From the NCBI RefSeq assembly GCF_009914755.1, contig NC_060925.1: a stretch of DNA of 64,000 bases; one strand, given 5' to 3'. Positions 43,481 through 57,026 of the stretch are shown here, one piece after another. The notes under the pieces were generated by a model. It ran no database searches. It had not been told where the DNA came from and was given only the letters and a program-made list of their open reading frames with translations. Every line of letters starts with the position of its first letter. Within the stretch, counting starts at the first letter, position 1. Made by a program: the position numbers and the translations under genes. This DNA is from the human T2T-CHM13v2.0 reference genome, Homo sapiens.

Positions 43481-46400
43481 TCGAATGGAATCATCGAGTG
43501 GAATCGAATGGAATTATGATCAAATGGAATCGAATGTAATCATCATCAAATGGAATCAAAAATAACCATCATCAATTGGTATTGAATGGAATTGTCATCA
43601 AATGGAATTCAAAGGAAACATCATCAAATGGAACCGAATGGAATCCTCATTGAATGGAAATGAAAGGGGTCATCATCTAATGGAATCGCATGGAATCATC
43701 ATCAAATGGAATCGAATGGAATCATCATCAAATGGAATCTAATGGAATCATTCAACAGAATTGAATGGAATCGTCATCGAATGAATTGAATGCAATCATC
43801 GAATGGTCTCGAATGGAACCATCTTCTAATGGAAAGGAATGGAATCATCGCATAGAATCGAATGGAATTGTCATCGAATGGAATCGAATGGTATCAACAC
43901 CAAACGGAAAAAAACGGAATTATCGAATGGAATCGAAGAGAATCTTCGAACGGACCCGAATGGAATCATCTAATGGAATGGAATGGAATAATCCATGGAC
44001 TCGAATGCAATCATCATCGAATGGAATCGAATGGAATCATCGAATGGACTCGAATGGAATAATCATTGAACGGAATCGAATGGAATCATCATCGGATGGA
44101 AACGAATGGAATCATCATCGGATGGGAATGAAAGGAGTCATCATCTAATGGAATTGCATGGAATCATCGTAAAATGGAATCGAATGGAATCAACATCAAA
44201 TGGAATCAAATGGAATCATTGAACGGAATTGAATGGAATCGTCATCGAATGAATTGAATGCAATCATCGAATGGTCTCGAATGGAATCATCTTCAAATGG
44301 AATGGAATGGAATCATTGCATAGAATCGAATGGAATTATCATCGAATGGAATCGAATGGTATCAACATCAAACGGGAAAAAACGGAATTATCGAATGGAA
44401 TCGAAGAGAATCTTCGAACGTACCCGAATGGAATCATCTAATGGAGTGGAATGGAATAATCCATGGACTCTAATGCAATCATCATCGAATGGAATCGAAT
44501 GGAATCATCGTATGGACTCGAATGGAATAATCATTGAACGGAATCGAATGGAATCATCATCGGATGGAAATGAATGGAAGGATCATCGAATGGAATCGAA
44601 TAGAATTATGGAATGAAATCCAGTGTGATCATCATCGAATGGACCCGAATGGAATCATCATCCAACGGAAGCTAATGGAATCAACATCGAATGAATCGAA
44701 TGGAAACACCATCGAATTGAAACGAATGGAATTATCATGAAATTGAAATGGATGGACCCATCATCGAATGGATTCGAATGGAATCATCGAATAAAATTGA
44801 TTGAAATCATCATCAAATGGAATCGAATGGTGTCATTGAATGGGATCGAATGGAATCATCGTCAGATGGAAATGAATGGAATCGTCATAGAATGGAATCG
44901 AATGGATTCGTTGAATGGAATCAGATGGAATCATCGAATGGACTGGAATGGAATCATTGAATGGCCTCGAATGGAATCATTATTGAATGGAATTGAATGG
45001 AATCATCGAATGGTCTCGATTGGAATCATTATCAAATGGAATCGAATGGAATCACCGAATAGAATCGAATGGAACAATCATCGAATGGACTCAAATGGAA
45101 TTATCCTCAAATGGAATCGAATGGAATTATCGAATGCAATCGAATGGAATTATCGAATGCAATCGAATAGAATCATCGAATGGACTCGAATGGAATCATC
45201 GAATGGAATGGAATGGAACAGTCAATGAACTCGAACGGAATCATCATTGAATGGAATCGAATGGAATCATCGAGTGGAATCGAATGGAATTATGATCAAA
45301 TGGAATCGAATGTAATCCTCATCAAATGGAATCAAAAATAACGATCATCAATTGGTATTGAATGGAATTGTCATCAAATGGAATTGAAAGGAATCATCAT
45401 CAAATGGAACCGAATGGAATCCTCATTGATTGGAAATGAAAGTGGTCATCATCTAATGGAATCGCATGGAATCATCATCAAATGGAATCGAATGGAATCA
45501 TCATGAAATGGAATCTAAGGGAATCATTGAACAGAATTGAATGGAATCGTCATCGAATGAATTGAATGCAATCATCGAATGATCTCGAATGGAATCATCT
45601 TCAAATGGAAAGGAATGGAATCATCGCATAGAATCGAATGGAATTATCATCGAATGGAATCCAATGGTATCAACATCAAACGGAAAAAAACGGAATTATG
45701 GAATGGAATCGAAGAGAATCTTCGAACGGACCCGAATGGAATCATCTAATGGAATGGAATGGAATAATCCATGGACTCGAATGCAATCATCATCAAATGG
45801 AATCGAACGGAATCATCGAATGGACTCGAATGGAATAATCATTGAACGGAATCGAATGGAATCATCATCGGATGGAAACGAATGGAATCATCATCGGATG
45901 GGAATGAAAGGAGTCATCATCTAATGGAATTGCATGGAATCATCGTAAAATGGAATCGAATGGAATCAACATCAAATGGAATCAAATGGAATCATTGAAC
46001 GGAATTGAATGGAATCGTCATCGAATGAATTGAATGCAATCATCGAATGGTCTCGAATGGAATCATCTTCAAATGGAATGGAATGGAATCATTGCATAGA
46101 ATCGAATGGAATTATCATCGAATGGAATCGAATGGTATCAACATCAAACGGGAAAAAACGGAATTATCGAATGGAATCGAAGAGAATCTTCGAACGTACC
46201 CGAATGGAATCATCTAATGGAGTGGAATGGAATAATCCATGGACTCTAATGCAATCATCATCGAATGGAATCGAATGGAATCATCGAATGGACTCGAATG
46301 GAATAATCATTGAACGGAATCGAATGGAATCATCATCGGATGGAAATGAATGGAAGGATCATCGAATGGAATCGAATAGAATTATGGAATGAAATCCAGT

Positions 46401-49390
46401 GTGATCATCATCGAATGGACCCGAATGGAATCATCATCCAACGGAAGCTAATGGAATCAACATCGAATGAATCGAATGGAAACACCATCGAATTGAAACG
46501 AATGGAATTATCATGAAATTGAAATGGATGGACCCATCATCGAATGGATTCGAAAGGAATCATCGAATAAAATTGATTGAAATCATCATCAAATGGAATC
46601 GAATGGTGTCATTGAATGGGATCGAATGGAATCATCGTCAGATGGAAATGAATGGAATCGTCATAGAATGGAATCGAATGGATTCATTGAATGGAATCAG
46701 ATGGAATCATCGAATGGACTGGAATGGAATCATTGAATGGCCTCGAATGGAATAATTATTGAATGGAATTGAATGGAATCATCGAATGGTCTCGATTGGA
46801 ATCATTATCAAATGGAATCGAATGGAATCACCGAATAGAATCGAATGGAACAATCATCGAATGGACTCAAATGGAATTATCCTCAAATGGAATCGAATGG
46901 AATTATCGAATGCAATCGAATAGAATCATCGAATGGACTCGAATGGAATCATCGAATGGAATGGAATGGAACAGTCAATGAACTCGAATGGAATCATCAT
47001 TGAATGGAATCGAATGGAATCATCGAGTGGAATCGAATGGAATTATGATCAAATGGAATCGAATGTAATCATCATCAAATGGAATCAAAAATAACCATCA
47101 TCAATTGGTATTGAATGGAATTGTCATCAAATGGAATTCAAAGGAAACATCATCAAATGGAACCGAATGGAATCCTCATTGAATGGAAATGAAAGGGGTC
47201 ATCATCTAATGGAATCGCATGGAATCATCATCAAATGGAATCGAATGGAATCATCATCAAATGGAATCTAATGGAATCATTCAACAGAATTGAATGGAAT
47301 CGTCATCGAATGAATTGAATGCAATCATCGAATGGTCTCGAATGGAACCATCTTCTAATGGAAAGGAATGGAATCATCGCATAGAATCGAATGGAATTGT
47401 CATCGAATGGAATCGAATGGTATCAACACCAAACGGAAAAAAACGGAATTATCGAATGGAATCGAAGAGAATCTTCGAACGGACCCGAATGGAATCATCT
47501 AATGGAATGGAATGGAATAATCCATGGACTCGAATGCAATCATCATCGAATGGAATCGAATGGAATCATCGAATGGACTCGAATGGAATAATCATTGAAC
47601 GGAATCGAATGGAATCATCATCGGATGGAAACGAATGGAATCATCATCGGATGGGAATGAAAGGAGTCATCATCTAATGGAATTGCATGGAATCATCGTA
47701 AAATGGAATCGAATGGAATCAACATCAAATGGAATCAAATGGAATCATTGAACGGAATTGAATGGAATCGTCATCGAATGAATTGAATGCAATCATCGAA
47801 TGGTCTCGAATGGAATCATCTTCAAATGGAATGGAATGGAATCATTGCATAGAATCGAATGGAATTATCATCGAATGGAATCGAATGGTATCAACATCAA
47901 ACGGGAAAAAACGGAATTATCGAATGGAATCGAAGAGAATCTTCGAACGTACCCGAATGGAATCATCTAATGGAGTGGAATGGAATAATCCATGGACTCT
48001 AATGCAATCATCATCGAATGGAATCGAATGGAATCATCGAATGGACTCGAATGGAATAATCATTGAACGGAATCGAATGGAATCATCATCGGATGGAAAT
48101 GAATGGAAGGATCATCGAATGGAATCGAATAGAATTATGGAATGAAATCCAGTGTGATCATCATCGAATGGACCCGAATGGAATCATCATCCAACGGAAG
48201 CTAATGGAATCAACATCGAATGAATCGAATGGAAACACCATCGAATTGAAACGAATGGAATTATCATGAAATTGAAATGGATGGACCCATCATCGAATGG
48301 ATTCGAATGGAATCATCGAATAAAATTGATTGAAATCATCATCAAATGGAATCGAATGGTGTCATTGAATGGGATCGAATGGAATCATCGTCAGATGGAA
48401 ATGAATGGAATCGTCATAGAATGGAATCGAATGGATTCGTTGAATGGAATCAGATGGAATCATCGAATGGACTGGAATGGAATCATTGAATGGCCTCGAA
48501 TGGAATCATTATTGAATGGAATTGAATGGAATCATCGAATGGTCTCGATTGGAATCATTATCAAATGGAATCGAATGGAATCACCGAATAGAATCGAATG
48601 GAACAATCATCGAATGGACTCAAATGGAATTATCCTCAAATGGAATCGAATGGAATTATCGAATGCAATCGAATGGAATTATCGAATGCAATCGAATAGA
48701 ATCATCGAATGGACTCGAATGGAATCATCGAATGGAATGGAATGGAACAGTCAATGAACTCGAACGGAATCATCATTGAATGGAATCGAATGGAATCATC
48801 GAGTGGAATCGAATGGAATTATGATCAAATGGAATCGAATGTAATCCTCATCAAATGGAGTCAAAAATAACGATCATCAATTGGTATTGAATGGAATTGT
48901 CATCAAATGGAATTGAAAGGAATCATCATCAAATGGAACCGAATGGAATCCTCATTGATTGGAAATGAAAGTGGTCATCATCTAATGGAATCGCATGGAA
49001 TCATCATCAAATGGAATCGAATGGAATCATCATGAAATGGAATCTAAGGGAATCATTGAACAGAATTGAATGGAATCGTCATCGAATGAATTGAATGCAA
49101 TCATCGAATGATCTCGAATGGAATCATCTTCAAATGGAAAGGAATGGAATCATCGCATAGAATCGAATGGAATTATCATCGAATGGAATCCAATGGTATC
49201 AACATCAAACGGAAAAAAACGGAATTATGGAATGGAATCGAAGAGAATCTTCGAACGGACCCGAATGGAATCATCTAATGGAATGGAATGGAATAATCCA
49301 TGGACTCGAATGCAATCATCATCAAATGGAATCGAACGGAATCATCGAATGGACTCGAATGGAATAATCATTGAACGGAATCGAATGGAA
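42330..49390. repeat. Recent tandem duplication, period 3529 bp (1753 + 1776); boundaries approximate
   Basis: Matching ORF translations at offset 3529: 42480/46009, 42984/46513, 43765/47294, 44233/47762, 44737/48266 and 45638/49167. Chimeric module at the junction near 45810-45895. Confidence 0.88.
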
Positions 49391-50509
49391 TCATCATCGG
49401 ATGGAAACGAATGGAATCATCATCGAATGGAAATGAAAGGAGTCATCATCTAATGGAATTGCATGGAATCATCATAAAATGGAATCGAATGGAATCAACA
49501 TCAAATGGAATCAAATGGAATCATTGAATGGAATTGAATGGAATCGTCATCGAATGAATTGAATGCAATCATCGAATGGTCTCGAATGGAATCATCTTCT
49601 AATGGAAAGGAATGGAATCATCGCATAGAATCGAATGGAATTATCATCGAATGGAATCGAATGGTATCAACACCAAACGGAAAAAAACGGAATTATCGAA
49701 TGGAATCGAAGAGAATCTTCGAACGGACCCGAATGGAATCATCTAATGGAATGGAATGGAATAATCCATGGACTCGAATGCAATCATCATCGAATGGAAT
49801 GGAATGGAATCATCGAATGGACTCGAATGGAATAATCATTGAACGGAATCGAATGGAATCATCATCGGATGGAAACGAATGGAATCATCATCGAATGGAA
49901 ATGAAAGGAGTCATCATCTAATGGAATTGCATGGAATCATCATAAAATGGAATCGAATGGAATCAACATCAAATGGAATCAAATGGAATCATTGAACGAA
50001 ATTGAATGGAATCGTCATCGAATGAATTGACTGCAATCATCGAATGGTCTCGAATGGAATCATCTTCAAATGGAATGGAATGGAATCATCGCATAGAATC
50101 GAATGGAATTATCATCGAATGGAATCGAATGGAATCAACATCAAACGGAAAAAAACGGAATTATCGAATGGAATCGAAGAGAATCATCGAATGGACCCGA
50201 ATGGAATCATCTAATGGAATGGAATGGAATAATCCATGGACTCGAATGCAATCATCATCGAATGGAATCGAATGGAATCATCGAATGGACTCGAATGGAA
50301 TAATCATTGAACGGAATCGAATGGAATCATCATCGGATGGAAATGAATGGAATCATCATCGAATGGAATCGAATAGAATTATGGAATGAAATCCAGTGTG
50401 ATCATCATCGAATGGACCCGAATGGAATCATCATCCAACGGAAGCTAATGGAATCAACATCGAATGAATCGAATGGAAACACCATCGAATTGAAACGAAT
50501 GGAATTATC

Positions 50510-53500
50510 ATGAAATTGAAATGGATGGACTCATCATCGAATGGATTCGAATCGAATCATCGAATAAAATTGATTGAAATCATCATCAAATGGAATCGAA
50601 TGGTATCATTGAATGGAATCGAATGGAATCATCATCAGATGGAAATGAATGGAATCGTCATAGAATGGAATCGAATGGATTCATTGAATGGAATCAGATG
50701 GAATCATCGAATGGACTGGAATGGAATCATTGAATGGACTCGAAAGGGATCATTATTGAATGGAATTGAATGGAATCATCGAATGGTCTCGATTGGAATC
50801 ATTACCAAATGGAATCGAATGGAATCACCGAATAGAATCGAATGGAACAATCATCGAATGGACTCAAATGGAATTATCCTCCAATGGAATCGAATGGAAT
50901 TATCGAATGCAATCGAATAGAATCATCGAAAGGATTCGAATGGAATCATCGAATGGAATGGAATGGAACAGTCAATGAACTCGAATGGAATCATCATTGA
51001 ATGGAATCGAATGGAATCATCGAGTGGAATTGAATGGAATTATGATCAAATGGAATCGAATGTAATCATCATCAAATGGAATCAAAAATAACCATCATCA
51101 ATTGGTATTGAATGGAATTGTCATCAAATGGAATTCAAAGGAATCATCATCAAATGGAACCGAATGGAATCCTCATTGAATGGAAATGAAAGGGGTCATC
51201 ATCTAATGGAATCGCATGGAATCATCATCAAATGGAATCGAATGGAATCATCATCAAATGGAATCTAATGGAATCATTGAACAGAATTGAATGGAATCGT
51301 CATCGAATGAATTGAATGCAATCATCGAATGGTCTCGAATGGAATCATCTTCTAATGGAAAGGAATGGAATCATCGCATAGAATCGAATGGAATTATCAT
51401 CGAATGGAATCGAATGGTATCAACACCAAACGGAAAAAAACGGAATTATCGAATGGAATCGAAGAGAATCTTCGAACGGACCCGAATGGAATCATCTAAT
51501 GGAATGGAATGGAATAATCCATGGACTCGAATGCAATCATCATCGAATGGAATCGAATGGAATCATCGAATGGACTCGAATGGAATAATCATTGAACGGA
51601 ATCGAATGGAATCATCATCGGATGGAAATGAATGGAATCATCATCGAATGGAATCGAATAGAATTATGGAATGAAATCCAGTGTGATCATCATCGAATGG
51701 ACCCGAATGGAATCATCATCCAACGGAAGCTAATGGAATCAACATCGAATGAATCAAATGGAAACGCCATCGAATTGAAACCAATGGAATTACCATGAAA
51801 TTGAAATGGATGGACTCATCCTCAAATGGATTCGAGTGGAATCATCGAATAAAATTGATTGAAATCATCATCGAATGGAATCGAATGGTATCATTGAATG
51901 GAATCGAATGGAATCATCATCAGATGGAAATGAAAGGAATCGTCATAGAATGGAATCGAATGGATTCATTGAATGGAATCAGATGGAATCATTGAATGGA
52001 CTGGAATGGAATCATTGAATGGACTCGAAAGGGATCATTATTGAATGGAATTGAATGGAATCATCGAATGGTCTCGATTGGAATCATTATCAAATGGAAT
52101 CGAATGGAATCACCAAATAGAATCGAATGGAACAATCATCGAATGGACTCAAATGGAATAATCCTCAAATGGAATTGAATGGAATTATCGAATGCAATCG
52201 AATGGAATTATCGAATGCAATCGAATAGAATCATCGAATGGACTCGAATGGAATCATCGAATGGAATGGAATGGAACAGTCAATGAACTCGAATGGAATC
52301 ATCATTGAATGGAATCGAATGGAATCATCGAGTGGAATCGAATGTAATCATCATCAAATGGAATCAAAAATAACCATCATCAAATGGAATCAAAAATAAC
52401 CATCATCAATTGGTATTGAATGGAATTCTCATCAAATGGAATTCAAAGGAATCATCATCAAATGGAACCGAATGGAATCCTCATTGAATGGAAATGAAAG
52501 GGGTCATCATCTAATGGAATCGCATGGAATCATCATAAAATGGAATCGAATGGAATCAACATCAAATGGAATCAAATGGAATCATTGAACGGAATTGAAT
52601 GGAATCGTCATCGAATGAATTGAATGCAATCATCGAATGGTCTCGAATGGAATCATCTTCAAATGGAATGGAATGGAATCATCGCATAGAATCGAATGGA
52701 ATTTTCATCGAATGGAATCGAATGGAATCAACATCAAACGGAAAAAAACGGAATTATCGAATGGAATCGAAGAGAATCACCGAATGGACCCGAATGGAAT
52801 CATCTAATGGAATGGAATGGAATAATCCATGGACTCGAATGCAATCATCATCGAATGGAATCGAATGGAATCATCGAATGGACTCGAATGGAATAATCAT
52901 TGAACGGAATCGAATGGAATCATCATCGGATGGAAATGAATGGAATCATCATCGAATGGAATCGAATAGAATTATGGAATGAAATCCAGTGTGATCATCA
53001 TCGAATGGACCCGAATGGAATCATCATCCAACGGAAGCTAATGGAATCAACATCGAATGAATCAAATGGAAACACCATCGAATTGAAACGAATGGAATTA
53101 CCATGAAATTGAAATGGATGGACTCATCCTCAAATGGATTCGAGTGGAATCATCGAATAAAATTGATTGAAATCATCATCGAATGGAATCGAATGGTATC
53201 ATTGAATGGAATCGAATGGAATCATCATCAGATGGAAATGAAAGGAATCGTCATAGAAAGGAATCGAATGGATTCATTGAATGGAATCAGATGGAATCAT
53301 TGAATGGACTGGAATGGAATCATTGAATGGACTCGAAAGGGATCATTATTGAATGGAATTGAATGGAATCATCGAATGGTCTCGATTGGAATCATTATCA
53401 AATGGAATCGAATGGAATCACCGAATAGAATCGAATGGAACAATCATCGAATGGACTCAAATGGAATTATCCTCAAATGGAATTGAATGGAATTATCGAA

Positions 53501-56500
53501 TGCAATCGAATGGAATTATCGAATGCAATCGAATAGAATCATCGAATGGACTCCAATGGAATCATCGAATGGAATGGAATGGAACAGTCAATGAACTCGA
53601 ATGGAATCATCATTGAATGGAATCGAATGGAATCATCGAGTGGAATCGAATGTAATCATCATCAAATGGAATCAAAAATAACCATCATCAAATGGAATCA
53701 AAAATAACCATCATCAATTGGTATTGAATGGAATTCTCATCAAATGGAATTCAAAGGAATCATCATCAAATGGAACCGAATGGAATCCTCATTGAATGGA
53801 AATGAAAGGGGTCATCATCTAATGGAATCGCATGGAATCATCATAAAATGGAATCGAATGGAATCAACATCAAATGGAATCAAATGGAATAATTGAACGG
53901 AATTGAATGGAATCGTCATCGAATGAATTGAATGCAATCATCGAATGGTCTCGAATGGAATCATCTTCAAATGGAATGGAATGGAATCATCGCATAGAAT
54001 CGAAAGGAATTATCATCGAATGGAATCGAATGGAATCAACACCAAACGGAAAAAAACGGAATTATCGAATGGAATCGAAGAGAATCATCGAATGGACCCG
54101 AATGGAATCATCTAATGGAATGGAATGGAATAATCCATGGACTCGAATGCAATCATCATCGAATGGAATCGAATGGAATCATCGAATGGACTCGAATGGA
54201 ATAATCATTGAACGGAATCGAATGGAATCATCATCGGATGGAAATGAATGGAATCATCATCGAATGGAATCGAATAGAATTATGGAATGAAATCCAGTGT
54301 GATCATCATCGAATGGACCCGAATGGAATCATCATCCAACGGATGCTAATGGAATCAACATCGAATGAATCAAATGGAAACACCATCGAATTGAAACGAA
54401 TGGAATTACCATGAAATTGAAATGGATGGACTCATCATCGAATGGATTCGAAAGGAATCATCGAATAAAATTGATTGAAATCATCATCGAATGGAATCGA
54501 ATGGTATCATTGAATGGAATCGAATGGAATCATCATCAGATGGAAATGAATGGAATCGTCATAGAATGGAATCGAATGGATTCATTGAATGGAATCAGAT
54601 GGAATCATTGAATGGACTGGAATGGAATCATTGAATGGACTCGAAAGGGATCATTATTGAATGGAATTGAATGGAATCATCGAATGGTCTCGATTGGAAT
54701 CATTATCAAATGGAATCGAATGGAATCACCGAATAGAATCGAATGGAACAATCATCGAATGGACTCAAATGGAATTATCCTCAAATGGAATTGAATGGAA
54801 TTATCGAATGCAATCGAATGGAATTATCGAATGCAATCGAATAGAATCATCGAATGGACTCGAATGGAATCATCGAATGGAATGGAATGGAACAGTCAAT
54901 GAACTCGAATGGAATCATCATTGAATGGAATCGAATGGAATCATCGAGTGGAATCGAATGTAATCATCATCAAATGGAATCAAAAATAACCATCATCAAA
55001 TGGAATCAAAAATAACCATCATCAATTGGTATTGAATGGAATTCTCATCAAATGGAATTCAAAGGAATCATCATCAAATGGAACCGAATGGAATCCTCAT
55101 TGAATGGAAATGAAAGGGGTCATCATCTAATGGAATCGCATGGAATCATCATCAAATGGAATCGAATGGAATCAACATCAAATGGAATCAAATGGAATCA
55201 TTGAACGGAATTGAATGGAATCGTCATCGAATGAATTGAATGCAATCATCGAATGGTCTCGAATGGAATCATCTTCAAATGGAATGGAATGGAATCATCG
55301 CATAGAATCGAATGGAATTTTCATCGAATGGAATCGAATGGAATCAACATCAAACGGAAAAAAACGGAATTATCGAATGGAATCGAAGAGAATCATCGAA
55401 TGGACCCGAATGGAATCATCTAATGGAATGGAATGGAATAATCCATGGACTCGAATGCAATCATCATCGAATGGAATCGAATGGAATCATCGAATGGACT
55501 CGAATGGAATAATCATTGAACGGAATCGAATGGAATCATCATCGGATGGAAATGAATGGAATCATCATCGAATGGAATCGAATAGAATTATGGAATGAAA
55601 TCCAGTGTGATCATCATCGAATGGACCCGAATGGAATCATCATCCAACGGAAGCTAATGGAATCAACATCGAATGAATCAAATGGAAACACCATCGAATT
55701 GAAACGAATGGAATTACCATGAAATTGAAATGGATGGACTCATCCTCAAATGGATTCGAGTGGAATCATCGAATAAAATTGATTGAAATCATCATCGAAT
55801 GGAATCGAATGGTATCATTGAATGGAATCGAATGGAATCATCATCAGATGGAAATGAAAGGAATCGTCATAGAATGGAATCGAATGGATTCATTGAATGG
55901 AATCAGATGGAATCATTGAATGGACTGGAATGGAATCATTGAATGGACTCGAAAGGGATCATTATTGAATGGAATTGAATGGAATCATCGAATGGTCTCG
56001 ATTGGAATCATTATCAAATGGAATCGAATGGAATCACCGAATAGAATCGAATGGAACAATCATCGAATGGACTCAAATGGAATTATCCTCAAATGGAATT
56101 GAATGGAATTATCGAATGCAATCGAATGGAATTATCGAATGCAATCGAATAGAATCATCGAATGGACTCGAATGGAATCATCGAATGGAATGGAATGGAA
56201 CAGTCAATGAACTCGAATGGAATCATCATTGAATGGAATCGAATGGAATCATCGAGTGGAATCGAATGTAATCATCATCAAATGGAATCAAAAATAACCA
56301 TCATCAAATGGAATCAAAAATAACCATCATCAATTGGTATTGAATGGAATTGTCATCAAATGGAATTCAAAGGAATCATCATCAAATGGAACCGAATGGA
56401 ATCCTCATTGAATGGAAATGAAAGGGGTCATCATCTAATGGAATCGCATGGAATCATCATAAAATGGAATCGAATGGAATCAACATCAAATGGAATCAAA

Positions 56501-57026
56501 TGGAATATTTGAACGGAATTGAATGGAATCGTCATCGAATGAATTGAATGCAATCATCGAATGGTCTCGAATGGAATCATCTTCAAATGGAATGCAATGG
56601 AATCATCGCATAGAATCGAAAGGAATTATCATCGAATGGAATCGAATGGAATCAACACCAAACGGAAAAAAACGGAATTATCGAATGGAATCGAAGAGAA
56701 TCATCGAATGGACCCGAATGGAATCATCTAATGGAATGGAATGGAATAATCCATGGACTCGAATGCAATCATCATCGAATGGAATCGAATGGAATCATCC
56801 AATGGACTCGAATGGAATAATCATTGAACGGAATCGAATGGAATCATCATCGGATGGAAATGAATGGAATCATCATCGAATGGAATCGAATAGAATTATG
56901 GAATGAAATCCAGTGTGATCATCATCGAATGGACCCGAATGGAATCATCATCCAACGGATGCTAATGGAATCAACATCGAATGAATCAAATGGAAACACC
57001 ATCGAATTGAAACGAATGGAATTACC
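50510..57026. repeat. Run of five single-module units (1285 + 4 x 1308 bp)
   Basis: Landmarks at 50510, 51795, 53103, 54411, 55719 and 57027. Confidence 0.95.
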
